From positions 21,328,001 through 21,392,000 of the forward strand of contig OX597821.1 of the NCBI GenBank assembly GCA_951406725.2: DNA of 64,000 nt. Reading direction: 5' to 3'. Of the stretch, positions 1 to 13,571 are shown piece by piece. The notes below the pieces were generated by a model, which was not told where the DNA came from, searched no databases, and was given only the letters and a program-made list of their open reading frames with translations. The stretch comes from Octopus vulgaris. Taxonomy: Eukaryota. The position numbers were made by a program, and so were the translations under genes. Position 1 is the first letter of the stretch; every line of letters starts with the position of its first letter.

Positions 1-293
1 GCTAGTTGTTGCTTGTAATTTTGTATGTGTATAAGTGTATGTATATACATATAACTATGTGTGTATGTGCGATTGATCTGTAGATGCGTGTGTGAATATT
101 GGCGTTCCTTGACTAACCAACCGTATAATTTTCTTTTGTGATTTAAATTTCAAACCAATAGCCAATCGAATTAATCTAAATTTTCTTTACCTAGTGGTCA
201 GCATTTCTTAATTCATAGTTATTTCGATCTTGAAAGGATGGACTTGGTGCTAACTTAACTGTATCTATTTTTAGTATTTTTTTATTATTATTA

Positions 294-340
<47 letters not shown>

Positions 341-675
341 AGTAATTTTTATTAACTTTTATAGCTTTAGAATTTTATGAACTGTACCACGGATTTAATT
401 ATTATTTTTTTCATCTCCATATGTGTTAGCCTTTTTTTTATAAAAAAAAATTATTAAAATATGTATAATATCGGTACTTATTAATATTAATATATACACT
501 GTTATATATTTTGTTTTATATTGTTCTGTTTACCTTCCTTTTTGTACAAATGTGTATTATATTATATAAGTGTAGCATTATGATATATAAGTTTTTATAT
601 TTTACATTTTTATATTTTTATATTTATATGTATATGATTATATAATATTTTTCACTATTATAACAAATTTAATTT

Positions 676-790
676 AATTCTCTGAAGAGGCCGTGGGGCA
701 TCCTTGTTAATGCCTCATTTATACCTGCCTTTATGGCTTATAGGTTAAATGAGGTATGACTGTCCTCACTGCCGAAACAGCTGTCAGTTT
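676..790 (+). ncRNA. Type I hammerhead-ribozyme-like motif with extended stem II, in an AT-rich probable Penelope-like terminal-repeat remnant
   Basis: CTGAAGA at 682-688. Stem II GGC..GTGGGGCA/TGTCCTCAC..GCC encloses the hairpin ATGCCTCATTTA/TAAATGAGGTAT. GAAAC at 774-778, palindromic stem III ACAGCTGT, GTC triplet at 783-785. Stem I has only 2 bp left. Confidence 0.7.
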
Positions 791-1163
791 TGATTTATTT
801 GCATATTATATTTGAAATTTTTTACTTATATCTCTTTATCTTTTTACTTTTACTATTACTGTATATCTCATTTCATTTTATATATTGCCTTTACTCATAT
901 GTAATGGTGTATTAAAGTATGGATTGAGTATCATCGGATAGTTGATGTTTTACTGATTTAAGTATGTTTCTCCATTCTCTAATTTTGTAGTATTAATTTA
1001 CGGTAATATTATTACCTTTACCCATTTAATACAATAGATGAACTGATTGCTTGACAATTTTTAACATCTATGTATTATTTTTGTTGGGTACCTATCTAGC
1101 AGTATATTGGATATATATTATCCCATGGTGGGTTGAATTTTCAACCCCTATCTCATTTTATAA

Positions 1164-1212
<49 letters not shown>

Positions 1213-1251
1213 ATGGATGGATGGATGGATAGATGGATAGATAGATAGATA

Positions 1252-2535
1252 CGAGGGACGTTCAATAAGTAATGCCTCTGACCCACTTGTAGTTGTTTGT
1301 AGTTGCATGTGCAATTATTTATATCTCAACAGATTAGGTGGCAAATTACAGCTCTGAACTAATTGTGGTTTCTGATTTACAGGTGTTTGAACTGAGTCAA
1401 GTGTGAAATGGAGCCTGTTGAGTGTCGAGCAGTGATCCGGTTTTTGTATTTGAAAGGACGCACACCACAGGAGACTTTTGATGAAATGAAAGTAACTGAT
1501 GGTGATGATGCTCCATCATATGACCTTGTAAAATGCTGGCATCGTGAATTCAAACATGGTCGGAACTCTGTGGAAACAGCTCCCAGATCTGGTCGCCCCC
1601 CTTCTGCCATTGATGAGGCATCTGTCCGTCATGTTGAGGCTGCCATTTTGGAAGATCGACGCATAACTATTCGCCAAACAGCCCATGAGGTTACGATTAG
1701 TACCGGATCTGTGGAAACTATCATTCATGACCATTTGCATATGCAAAAGGTGTCGGCCAGATGGATGCCCAGGTTGCTCACACCTTTCCAGAAGCAAGAA
1801 CGCGTCGAGTGCTCGAGGATGAATTTGGAGATGTGCCAAGAAAATGAGTCAAAACTTTTCAAAAGAGTGATTACACGGGATGAAACCTGGGCCCATCACT
1901 ATGATCCAGAGACCGAAGCCCAGTCAATGCAGTGGAAGCACCGTGACTCACCTCTTCCAAAGAAGGCAAGGGTGTAACCCTCCGCTGGCAAGGTCATGCT
2001 CACAGTCTTCTGGGACCAGGACAGAGTAGTGATGACAGATTTCCTGGCAAAGGGTACCACAATTACAGGAGCCTATTATGCTTCACTTTTGAGGAAATTA
2101 AGAGAAGCTATCAAAATCAAGAGGCGGGGCAAGATCAGCAAAGGCATCCTCTTCCTGCAGGACAACGCTCCGGTCCACAACTCGCGTGTCGCCAGATCAG
2201 AAGCACAGGCGTGAGGCTATGAACTCCTCCTCAACCACCACCCTACTCTCCTGACCCTACACCCTCTGATTTTCACCTCTTCCCAGCCATGAAGGTTTTT
2301 TTGAAAGGAAAGCATTTCCCAGGTTATGCAGCCTTCATTTCTGAAGTCACGTCGTGGTTGGAGGACCAAGCTGGGGTCTTCTACAAAAACGGCCTCCAGA
2401 GCTGCATCAAACGATGGGAGAAATGCGTAACTCTGGGTGGTTCCTCTGTAGAAAAAGACTAATAACTGTGCCAAGTTTCGTTGCTCTACTGCTATGGGAA
2501 GTGGGTCAGGGGAATTACTTATTGAACGCCCCTCG
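1252..2535 (+). mobile_element. Full-length mariner DNA transposon, irritans/Hsmar2-like
   Basis: 37-bp TIRs (CGAGGGACGTTCAATAAGTAATGCCTCTGACCCACTT) with 3 mismatches between ends. TA duplication at 1250-51 and 2536-37. Inserted in a (GATA)n array. Confidence 0.95.
1408..2462 (+). pseudogene. Mariner transposase, disrupted
   Basis: HTH N-terminus and motifs WMPRLL, TRDETW, TVFWD, QDNAPVH, YSPDPTPSDFHLF, RWEKC. In-frame stops at 1975-77 and 2212-14, a frameshift near 2230, terminal TAA at 2460-62. Confidence 0.95.
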
Positions 2536-2550
2536 TAGATAGATAGATAA

Positions 2551-2643
<93 letters not shown>

Positions 2644-2790
2644 GAAAAAGTATAGAGGTGAACCCTTTTCAAGAAACAACAGCGTAAGGTTCAATTTATT
2701 GAGCGATTAAAGTATTAGTTTGAAACAGAGAAGAGACATATGACGGCTTCGATAAGGAGTATTAGTGAGCTTGGAACTTGTCTCTTTCAG

Positions 2791-2853
<63 letters not shown>

Positions 2854-2861
2854 TATATTTA

Positions 2862-2896
<35 letters not shown>

Positions 2897-2978
2897 ACAC
2901 ACATATATATATATATATACATATACATACATATATATATATGTATATATGTATATATATATACATATATATATATAT

Positions 2979-3018
<40 letters not shown>

Positions 3019-3084
3019 TGCATATATATATATGTGTGTGTGTGTGTCTATGTATGTATGTTCGTATGTATGCGCATATGTGTT

Positions 3085-3545
3085 CGTCGGCAATCAAACT
3101 CAACCACTATTGAAATGCTCGTGATATGCCATCAATCAGATGCTTCGGGCAGGGCACCTTAATATGAGGTTGGATGGCAGGTTACCTTGGAAGTTGCTTC
3201 GAGGTGTTGCAACATGTTAAACGTCTGAGACATAAATCTGAAAATGCGTTTTACTGATGCGATCAAAAGCAATTTTAAGGCTCTAAGTGTGAATGTTGAA
3301 GACTGCAAGTATATGACGGAAAATCGATCGGTTTGGAAAGAAGTCATGTAAAATGGTTAGAAAACATTTTAAAAAAGGAGAATCAAACAATCTATCTTAA
3401 ATCGAGCACTTCGTAGCCAGGACTTATCTTCAGGCCCAAATACTTTTCTTCCTGAAAATATTTGTAACATCTTGTTTAAATCCGAACGTGCTAGTCATTT
3501 GAGATCTCATGACAGACTTTACAAATCGAAGAGAGGACCTTCAGT
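3085..3545 (+). mobile_element. Degraded 3' fragment of an RTE-clade LINE ORF
   Basis: Broken translation GHL..RLDGRLP..LL...RFTDAIKSNFKALSVNVED..ENRSVWK resembles the RTE ORF C-terminus. Confidence 0.6.
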
Positions 3546-3741
3546 AAAGCAGTGGCAGTTTCCATATTTACATATATAAAAATACACAGACACACAAATA
3601 CACATATAAAAAGGTATATATATATATATATACATGTAGGTATTTATATATGTTAAGTATCACATACACACGCATATGCATACACGTATATGTGTGTGTA
3701 TGTGTGCTTGTATATATATATATATATGTAGGTATGTATGT

Positions 3742-3863
<122 letters not shown>

Positions 3864-4064
3864 AATGTATGTTTCTTTCAATGTTTACAAATAACACGGA
3901 AAATAAATAAATAGCTACCAGAGAAGCAAAATTTTACACAAGTTCCAAGGTTGTAACAGCCTACTAATATAGGTAGAAACGCCAGGTTTAGGTGAAATGG
4001 TTTTAAATAATACATATAAATAAATAAAAAGGAGTTAAACGCAGGTGTTATTCAAATCTTTTTA

Positions 4065-4152
4065 CTTCCGACATACGTTTCGAAGAAAACATTGGCATAA
4101 TTCCAAACGGAATATAATGATATAAAACAATGCAATCTTCTCATCAGGGAAA
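4065..4152 (-). ncRNA. Type I hammerhead ribozyme motif with intact core and extended stem II
   Basis: Minus strand reads TTTCC CTGATGA GAAGA..CATTG..TATTCC gttt GGAATTA..CAATG..TCTTC GAAAC GTAT GTC GGAAG. Stems I, II and III all pair. Confidence 0.8.
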
Positions 4153-5205
4153 CAAAGAACCCAAACATATCAGCGAGACATTTTTACAGAATTTGATGAC
4201 TGCCTATATGATGAAGGGAGCGCTAGCAATTTTTTTTAAAAAAACCGTTAGTAGATATATTCTCTGAGAACAGGATGAAATACATTGCACTGTTACAAAG
4301 CGGACTAAAATATTTACTTTTATCATACAGAAAAGGTATAGAGAGTATATTTCATTCCCAATCAAATTGTTTATAGATCTTTAGATACGAAATTGATTTA
4401 CTAAGCCCAGCATTGTTACGTTTATTGATATGTCTAAATGTAGAGTAATGATTAGATATTCTTTAGGACAACTGAGATGAATAACTACATATATAAAAGA
4501 GACGTCAGAACCGGAAGTCATTTTACATTGATAAATATAGTTTCTAGTCTTAGAATTACTGCTAAGAAAACGAATGCGATTGTAGTCAACTTGAGAAGCA
4601 CTAAAACCGCTGCTATTATTATTTAAAGAATGGTTACTGTTAACAAAATCAATGCTACAATCTTCATTAAGTGGGTTTTATTTAACATATTATTATGGGA
4701 AGAGATGACTTGTGAAAGGTTTTTTTGTGTTAGAAAAATCTATCTTGATTTGGTGTGAATTAATAATCGAATAGGATCTTGAATTGTTTGGGAAGTTCTC
4801 CTCTATAGCTTCACGAAACTGGAATCCTCTGAGAGTCCGCTTGTAAACACGATTATAGAACGCGTTTATCGTTGCAAACTTTGCAAAAACATACCTTTCG
4901 CTCCTATAAGTGATTTCTACCATTCTATAAAGTTCGACTTTTGACTGTCTTCTTACATTTCACTTCCACTAAATATATCTACTTCCATTCCTTTAAACTT
5001 TATTCCTATTCACCTATCTCTGTATATCCCTCCACTATTAGTTTTCTGCTAATTTCTTTCTTTCTCCTCCAACTCTTTCTATAAACTGCCTTTGATATTA
5101 TATCTACAAACGGCTTGCTAAAAGAAACTTGCTAACGTTACCTTCATCATATATGCAGTCATCACATTCTATTAAAATGCCTTATTGATGTGTTTAGTTT
5201 CTTTC

Positions 5206-5293
5206 TTTCCCTGATGAGAAGATTGCATTCTTTTACTCCATTTTATTCCTTCTGGTATAATACCAATGTTGCCTTCGAAACATATGCCGGAAG
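5206..5293 (+). ncRNA. Hammerhead motif, inverted copy of 4065-4152, cleavage triplet mutated
   Basis: TTTCC CTGATGA GAAG...CTTC GAAAC ATAT GCC GGAAG (GTC changed to GCC). Confidence 0.7.
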
Positions 5294-5400
5294 TAAAATG
5301 ATTTGAATAACACCTGCGTCTAACTCCATATGTTAAATCGTTAGCTCCTGCACGCATTTTTTTCTCTCCTTGTTTCTCTCCGTGTTTCTTTTCTGTGTAT

Positions 5401-5436
5401 CTTTCTGTTGAAGAGCGTAGGCTCGAAACGTAAAAG
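5401..5436 (+). ncRNA. Minimal hammerhead-like motif with a CUGU core variant, in a short dispersed repeat (~5335-5530)
   Basis: CTTT CTGTTGA A GAGC gtag GCTC GAAAC GTA AAAG. Related copy at 46618-46653, remnant near 9650-9745 on the minus strand. Confidence 0.6.
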
Positions 5437-5552
5437 ACTTGTTTTATTTCTATTCCTGAGCGCCATACTAATACAATTGTTTGTTTGTACCCCACCTGCC
5501 TTCGTCTTTTGGTTATTTTCGTAAGCTTCTCGTTACATACATACATACATAC

Positions 5553-5862
5553 ATTATAATTATTATAACTGCCCCCTCGTTATCGAGTATGGCCATTGCA
5601 TGAAGCTTAACTGTTACTGGTGCTGTGATCGAATGTGACTTTTTAGCCCAGCTAAAGATCTACAATGTCTTGTACAAAATTGGCAACTAAAACCTTTACT
5701 GGTAATAGCCGGCTGTAGTTGTAACTGGGCTTCATGTACCCTTGCATGTCGTTTAAGTCCTCCTGCCGAATTACACTCTCTTCCACATGCCCGACAGATA
5801 TGATTAGTATGGTGTGTTACACCACCGCCAGTGGCCAGGTTGTCGCTCGTCTGTCTCGTTTT
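5553..5862 (-). mobile_element. 3' end of an RTE-type LINE with two C2H2-like zinc fingers
   Basis: [21 protein letters not shown] ... CQFCTRHCRSLAGLKSHIRSQHQ*, then a short 3' UTR and (TAA)/(TATG)n tail. Close copy at 33750-34080. Confidence 0.8.
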
Positions 5863-5921
5863 ACATACATACATACATACATGCATACATACATACATAC
5901 ATGCATACATGCATGCATACA

Positions 5922-5997
<76 letters not shown>

Positions 5998-6099
5998 AAC
6001 ACATATACATGATGGCACGCGGACTATCATTAGTTTTAACGCCTTTTATTAATAACTGCATCGTCTCTTTCAGATAAACTGGCATCTGTATGTCTAAAG

Positions 6100-7195
6100 A
6101 AAGCTTCAGGTGTAAATAGTAGCGGATTATTTGGGAAATGAATAAAATTTGGCATCCAGGTGTAATGAAATAGTTCTAGAAAAACGGTTGAGCCCCTAAG
6201 GACATTAATGCTAGTGCAAAAATAGACAGCTCAATTTAGGAGGCGAAAGAAGGGTTTTGAAGATAGACCAAGATCTGAACATCCTACAACTGCCACCACC
6301 GATGAAAACATTGATCGTGTTCACCACATGGTGATAGATAGCCTGCGATTGGTTATAGATGAAATAAACAATGCAATTGGCATATCTTGGGAGAGGATTG
6401 AGAATATTCCGCGCAAGGAATTGGCGCGATGAATGTTTCTGGTCGGTGAGTGCCACATCTTCCGCCACCTGATCAAAAGCACACCAGTCTCGTCGCATTA
6501 CAGGAAAATCTGACATTTTTTTGAGGCAGATACAAGGGGTTTCCTGTAACGCCTCTTAATGCAGGATGCATATTGAGTTCATTACTTTGAGCCTGAGAAA
6601 AACAGAAAATACATGCAGTGGAATTACCCTTCTTCACCTGCTCAAAAGAAAGACAAGATCGTTTTATCTGCAAGGAAGTCGGTCGCCTCAATCTTTTGGG
6701 ATGCAAAAGGCATTGTGTTTAAAGACTATATTCAAAACAGCCTCACTATCAACGGAGAGTAATATACAGACCTGCTGAGGCAGTTACGAACGTCTATCAA
6801 CACTAAATACCTATGTAAAGTAAGGAGAGGGCACTTGTTTCATCAGGAAAATGGTTCAACACATATGCCCTTGGTTTCAACTGTTACTATAGCTCTGAAC
6901 CAGTTAATCACCCTGCCTATTCTCCTTGTTTTGCCCTGTCTATCATCTGTACACCACCATAAAGAAAAAAACACTTGGCTGGGAACCAGTATTGCAGTGA
7001 TGACAGCGTCATATCTACTGATGATGATTTTTTTTTTTTACCAACAGTGTGAAAGCTTCTTCATCAATGGAGCCCAAGCAGCGCAACATCGATGGAAAAA
7101 GTGTTTGAAACGCAAGGGGGGGGGGGGACAATGCTGAAGAATATCACATTCCATAAGAGTATCTTGGTCAGCCTATGAATATTTCGGGCGACACA
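6100..7195 (+). mobile_element. Heavily degraded mariner element
   Basis: Fragmentary motifs across frames: MNKIWH..PKDI, ATTDENIDRVHH, VASIFWDAKGIVF.DY, HQEN, HPAYSP, HRWKKC. Confidence 0.85.
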
Positions 7196-7822
7196 TGTGT
7201 ATGTGCGCGCAAACGAGCGCCCATGCATGTGTGTGTATATTTATTTACCATAAGCGCCACCTGTTTAGGCGGATACTTCTATGTTTCTGCTCACTCGTTA
7301 CGAGTATATGTCGTCATAAATACGCCTACATATTCTTTCAGCTGTGCTTGCAATATCTCCAAGAATCATTTTACATGCTTTTCATTGCACAAGGATAAAG
7401 TATACAGCGCTTGGATCATTCCGCAGACCAATACATTGGCAATGAGAATACGCGCCATTTATGTGTCTCCATGTATGCACGTCAGAGTGGATGACTATGT
7501 ACATATGTATACAGTCTTATAAATATATATATGTACATAGCACACGCACACACGCGCGCGCGCATATGTTTGTATATAGATATATATATACATCTAGGTA
7601 TTTATATACATTAATGTATACATATATTTATGCATTCATATATATTACATTCCTGTATGTATACACATATACATATATATAGATGTATCTGTCTGTCTGT
7701 CTAGCTAGCTATATACGTGTGTGTGTGTGCGAAGGCGTGTGTGTGTATGTATGTATGTGTGTGTATGTGTGTGGTGTATGTGTGTGCAAGTGTGTATGAA
7801 ACATAACAAAAATCATAAATAA

Positions 7823-7921
<99 letters not shown>

Positions 7922-8074
7922 ATGTGTCTATCTATATGTATGTGTATATATATATATATATATAAATTACTTGCAGAATGATGTGTGGCGTTCAATCATA
8001 AAATAATATCAATAATATATTTATATATATATATATATATAATCATATATATATATATATATCGATCAGAGATT

Positions 8075-8153
<79 letters not shown>

Positions 8154-8749
8154 ATAGCGAGATATAGTATCTCGCTCTCTTCTCTCTCTCCCTACATATA
8201 TATATATATATATATATATAACGCTTATTCTATGAGCCTCCCTGCTCTCTCTCTATTTCCCACTCCGATTCCCTTTCATTCTCACTCTCTCTTTGTACAA
8301 GCATTTACTTCTCTACCATAATAATTTCCCATGACTCTTTTCCTTTTTGCACCAGTTCCTGTCAGCATCACTTTCCTTTTACTTCCATCGTGTCTGTCAC
8401 TAAATATACCTATCATTATATCTATATCTTCTTTGATTTTTTCCCCCCTTTCTGAACATATTTTTCCTATCTCTATCCATCTATCGATCTATATATTGGT
8501 ATATTCCAGCTGACTTCTCTCTACCGTCATTTTTTTTTCCTTTTACTATTCTCAGACACCTTTCCCTTATTGCTAAGAAATTTCTGCGCTCCAACATGTG
8601 CGCGCACACTGACACGCATGCACACACCTGACACACACATACGCACAAGCACACACACAGTCTCTCTCACTTACAAACTCACACACCGTCGTATGTATGC
8701 ATATATAAATGTGTCTGTGTGTATGCATTATCTTGTATGTATATGCATG

Positions 8750-8854
<105 letters not shown>

Positions 8855-8856
8855 GA

Positions 8857-9105
8857 GGCGCGTGGCTTAGTGGTTAGGGTGTCAGCATCATGATCGTAAG
8901 ATTGTGGTTTCGATTCCTGGACCGGGCGATGCGTCGTGTTCTTGAGCAAAACACTTCATTTCACATTGCTCCAGTCCACTCAGCTGGCAAAAATGAGTAA
9001 CGCTGCGATGGACTAACTTCCCGTCCAGCTGGGAAACACATATCCCATAGAAACCGGGAAACCGGACCCATGGCCCTGGCTAGGCTTGAAAAGGGCGAGA
9101 ACGGA
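8857..9105 (+). mobile_element. tRNA-derived SINE (family 3)
   Basis: A box TGGCTTAGTGG, B box GGTTTCGATTCC, body GTGTTCTTGAGCAAAACACTT..TTGCTCCAGTCCACTCAGCTG. Related copy at 39098-39428. Confidence 0.8.
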
Positions 9106-9234
9106 ATATATATATATATAGATAGATAGATAGACATTCTTCCCTTTCTAATTTCACCTCATCAGCTGTGACCACGGAACCTATGTATCTATATACACAG
9201 ACATATATACATGTACATATATCTTTTATATCAT

Positions 9235-9618
9235 GTACCTCTTTCGGTCATTAGACTGCAGCCGTGCTGGGTCATTGCCTGGAAGTACTTTTAGTCGAGT
9301 GTATCGATACCAGTAGCTATTGTGTTTAATGACTTGACCTTATTCTATCGTTGTCTTTTGTCGACCCGCTATAAGATAGGGGCGTCGTCACACCAAGCTG
9401 TGTGGAGAGGTATAGATACTGGCACTGACACACACACACACACAAACGCATATATACCCTAAGGGCTTCTTTCAGTTTCCGTCTACAAAATCCATACACA
9501 AGTCTTTGGTCAGCCCGAGGCTATAGTAGAAGATATATGCTCCAAATTCTACACGGTGTGATTGAACTCCGAACCGTGTCTTTGAGAAGCAAGCTTCTTA
9601 CCACACAGCCACACCTAA
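9235..9618 (-). mobile_element. Old copy of the bipartite CORE-like SINE (family 2)
   Basis: Diverged match to 26056-26521 in both halves, with an internal (CA)n spacer. Confidence 0.7.
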
Positions 9619-10020
9619 TCTATATATATATACACACACACACACACAGTAGAAATTTACAAAAAACAGAAGACGAAGAACGGTGAATAAACAACAAACA
9701 GCTAGTTGAACTCTCGGGAAGGTAAGAAAGTATTTTACGTCTCGATTTTACGTGCCGATTTTATGGCATATATCAAGCAATATATTTTAAATGCTTCGAA
9801 AAATTTCTCCTGGTTTCTCCCTGGGAAGTTGACCCGCCATTAAAAATTACATTCAGTAATATGTATATATACACATATCTGAAGAGCAATAAATGAGTCA
9901 CTAGGCTTTAAATATTAATTACTGGAGGCGATTTGTTCGACTGAACCCTATATGGCTGTACCCCAGCTTGGCTGCATTCGAGTGACTAGAACAAATAGAA
10001 AATAGCAGAATTGTAGTTAC

Positions 10021-10109
<89 letters not shown>

Positions 10110-10354
10110 TGTGTGTTTGTGTGTGTGTGTGTCTGTGTGGGTGAGGATTTTCGAACTGAAGCCCGACGTCTTTCAATCTGAAATTTTGAAAACCATAAAA
10201 TTCTGTGAAACCGGTAAAGTCTTTAAAAATGAATCATCTAAAAGACTCCACTTGCGTTCTCAACTTCTTTCTATATTTTCACCTGAGTGGTGAGATAAAA
10301 ATTTGTTTCCTACATATATATATATCAGTATTATATGTGTGTATATACGATATA

Positions 10355-10564
10355 CGACGGCTGCTGAAAAGTTCTCGGTATTGATTAAAAGAAAACAAAG
10401 CAGGATTAGTTAATTATAATTTTATTCAACATAGTCTCATCTGGGATACACGCTCACATTGCAGCGCTCCCTTGAAATGTTATTAAGACCGTTAAAAGAA
10501 CACGAAATGTTAGGCCTCTAACCATACTTTCACGATACTCTCAAAGCCATTTTGAACATCCCCA
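10355..10564. mobile_element. Mariner-derived MITE, degraded
   Basis: TA-flanked, with CGACGGCTGCTGAAAAGTT / TTTTGAACATCCCCA ends. Internal similarity to 51460-51674. Confidence 0.55.
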
Positions 10565-10679
10565 TACGAACGCGCGTATAAACAAATACTTTTGCGCATC
10601 GATTTTCGTGCGTGTATAACGAGCACCATATCACTCTGTTAGTATATCTTTCTGTATGTATTTATGTATGTATATACAT

Positions 10680-10719
<40 letters not shown>

Positions 10720-11176
10720 GTATATGTGTGTGTGCGTATGTATGTATATATACATACACATATGAGTGTGTGAGTGTGTGTGCATATGTGTGTGTGTATG
10801 TGTGTGTGTGCGTGTATATACGTGTGTGTCTGCGGTAGTTACGTGTACGTGCGTGTAGTCTTTTCCGTTCGATGTAATGCTACTTGTTACGGACAAATGA
10901 ATAGTGATGCAGTGGAAGTGGAAATCGAACAGCGTTCGACTTTTCCTCTGAGCAACAATGTATGCTCTACTAGTCTATATTAATTCTATTGCAGATTGGG
11001 TAGCTTTTGTGATTTGACTGGGATTTTTATTCAATGAGTCCCAAGTGACAAATTAAACGATTGAAACCTTGCCGAGATTTGAACTTGGATCCAAGAGAGC
11101 TGGAACTATTATTGAAACGTATTTTATGCGAAGCTGTAATTATTTTGTGAATCCGTCTTCTACGCTACATATATAC

Positions 11177-11240
<64 letters not shown>

Positions 11241-11468
11241 ACATACATACATACATATATATATATGTACATACATATATATATACATACATATATATAT
11301 ATATATATATGTGTATGTGTGTGTGTATATACACAGACACACATTTGTGTAACTGTGTCCGCAAGCGCAGGCGAGCTCCTGTCACTGGTTACAGGAGCGT
11401 TATATCTACATGCGTGTACATCTATACACACCGCTTATGTTAGTCAGCGTCTGTACAAGAGGTGTATA

Positions 11469-11541
<73 letters not shown>

Positions 11542-11555
11542 CAGTTCTGTGATTA

Positions 11556-11632
11556 AGAGATGGCGTAGTGGTTAAGAGCGCGGGCTTCTAACCCCAAGAT
11601 TCCGAGTTCAATTCCACTGAATAATAACGATG

Positions 11633-11703
<71 letters not shown>

Positions 11704-11845
11704 GACATCGAAAAATACCTTAGGAATGAGAACCCCAAGTTCGAAAATTCCCTCAAGACACCTGATGAAGTCTGGAGGGTGTATCAGCCGAAATTTGAGT
11801 TAACAACAAACAAGATAAGGACAGATATCCGTCAAATATAAATAA
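11556..11845 (+). mobile_element. SINE-like element: tRNA head, (AAT)n spacer, hammerhead-bearing tail
   Basis: A box at 11561-71, B box at 11604-15, (AAT)n at 11620-11702. Then ACAC CTGATGA A GTCTG..CAGCC GAAA TTT GAGT at 11758-11800, a degenerate hammerhead. Confidence 0.6.
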
Positions 11846-11852
11846 TATATAT

Positions 11853-11911
<59 letters not shown>

Positions 11912-12014
11912 TGTATGTGTGTGTTTGTGTTTATAGTTGTGGGCGAGTGGTAAGAAGTTTGCCTCCCAAGCATATTGTTACGGGTTCAGTCCCACCAACG
12001 TAAAAAAAAGAGGT

Positions 12015-12146
<132 letters not shown>

Positions 12147-12550
12147 GCGAGTGAGAGAGAAAGAGATATCGGTCTACGCGAACGGATGTGTGTATGTGCT
12201 CGGATGAGAATGTTTATTATGCATATGTGTTCTTATATATCTACTTCTACCGTTTCTTTTATAACGATAAGCATTTTCTCCCCGCCCCGGCGATGGAACA
12301 AAACCAACAAGGTCGCTATGTACGCGATAAAATAGCAGTCAAATCTCCCTCAAATACGAGTTTGTTGTGTTTTGTTTTGTTTTTGTCATCGTTTTAATTG
12401 GAATGCTACATTGTATAATGCAGTCTCAGATCCACCGCTTAGCCGCTAAGACGAGATGACCACGGCCGGAACGAATTTGACCAAAGATTTCCAGTGGATC
12501 ATCATTTGTTTTCATTATACACACAAAAACATACCCATGTGTGTTGTTTT

Positions 12551-12604
<54 letters not shown>

Positions 12605-12748
12605 TTGTGCGTGCGTATGGTTGTGTGCTTCTATGCGTTTGTGTTTACATGCAAACCATGCAAATACAATCACGCACAAATGCAATCATACATATATATA
12701 TGTATGCACACATACGTAAGTGCATATAGGTGCATGTTTGTACACACA

Positions 12749-12787
<39 letters not shown>

Positions 12788-12840
12788 ATATGGGTGTTTC
12801 CGTTTATATGTACACACACAAACACACAAACACACAAACA

Positions 12841-12871
<31 letters not shown>

Positions 12872-13042
12872 ATATATATATATATCTGTGTTAGTCTATA
12901 TGTCTGGGGTATGTATGTCAAAATACTATGATATATGATATATATTTACATACATATTCACACACACGCATTCACGCACACATACGCAGACATCATGCAT
13001 ACACGCAGACAAACAGACAGAAAGACAGACAGACAGACAGAC

Positions 13043-13093
<51 letters not shown>

Positions 13094-13516
13094 CAAAACC
13101 TTGCTTTTCTCTCCATTCCGTATAATATACCACATGTCGAAGCCGTCTCTGTTTTCTTCCGTAGATATATATATCTCAACGTTACATCGTACACGCTTTC
13201 CATTCTTCCTTCCTGCATTCTCTCTATCCGTCTCTATCACTCACTCACAATGCTTACCCACTCTTTCTATTTTCCCATTCATTTCTCAGCATCTGCTGGT
13301 TTCATGGTTGCTAAAAAATCCAAAATTATCTGTTGTTGTTGTTTGTTGTGTATGTTTCGCCAAGGTTTTTCTATGGCGAGGGTGAAATCTTCGTATAATA
13401 AATGTACTGTTTCGTGGGATGAAACACAGCTGATTTCGCCGGAAAGAAAGAGAGAAACGGGAGAAAGAAGGAGAAAGAATTAGAGTTGAGAGAGAAAGAG
13501 AGAGAGAAAAGGGTGA

Positions 13517-13571
<55 letters not shown>

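Larger units (their letters stand above)
3895..5335 (-). mobile_element. Penelope-like retroelement remnant with an inverted terminal-repeat copy
   Basis: Minus ORF 4693-4923 (FREAIEENFPNNSRSYSIINSHQIKIDFSNT) resembles the PLE RT-to-GIY-YIG linker. The downstream repeat (~4030-4170) carries a hammerhead and recurs inverted at ~5170-5335. Same family as 51960-52370. Confidence 0.7.

Noticed and set aside
8857-8930. Functional tRNA genes at SINE heads (also 11556 and 39360)
   Set aside because: A and B boxes are present, but acceptor stems are not intact and the sequence continues into repeat bodies.
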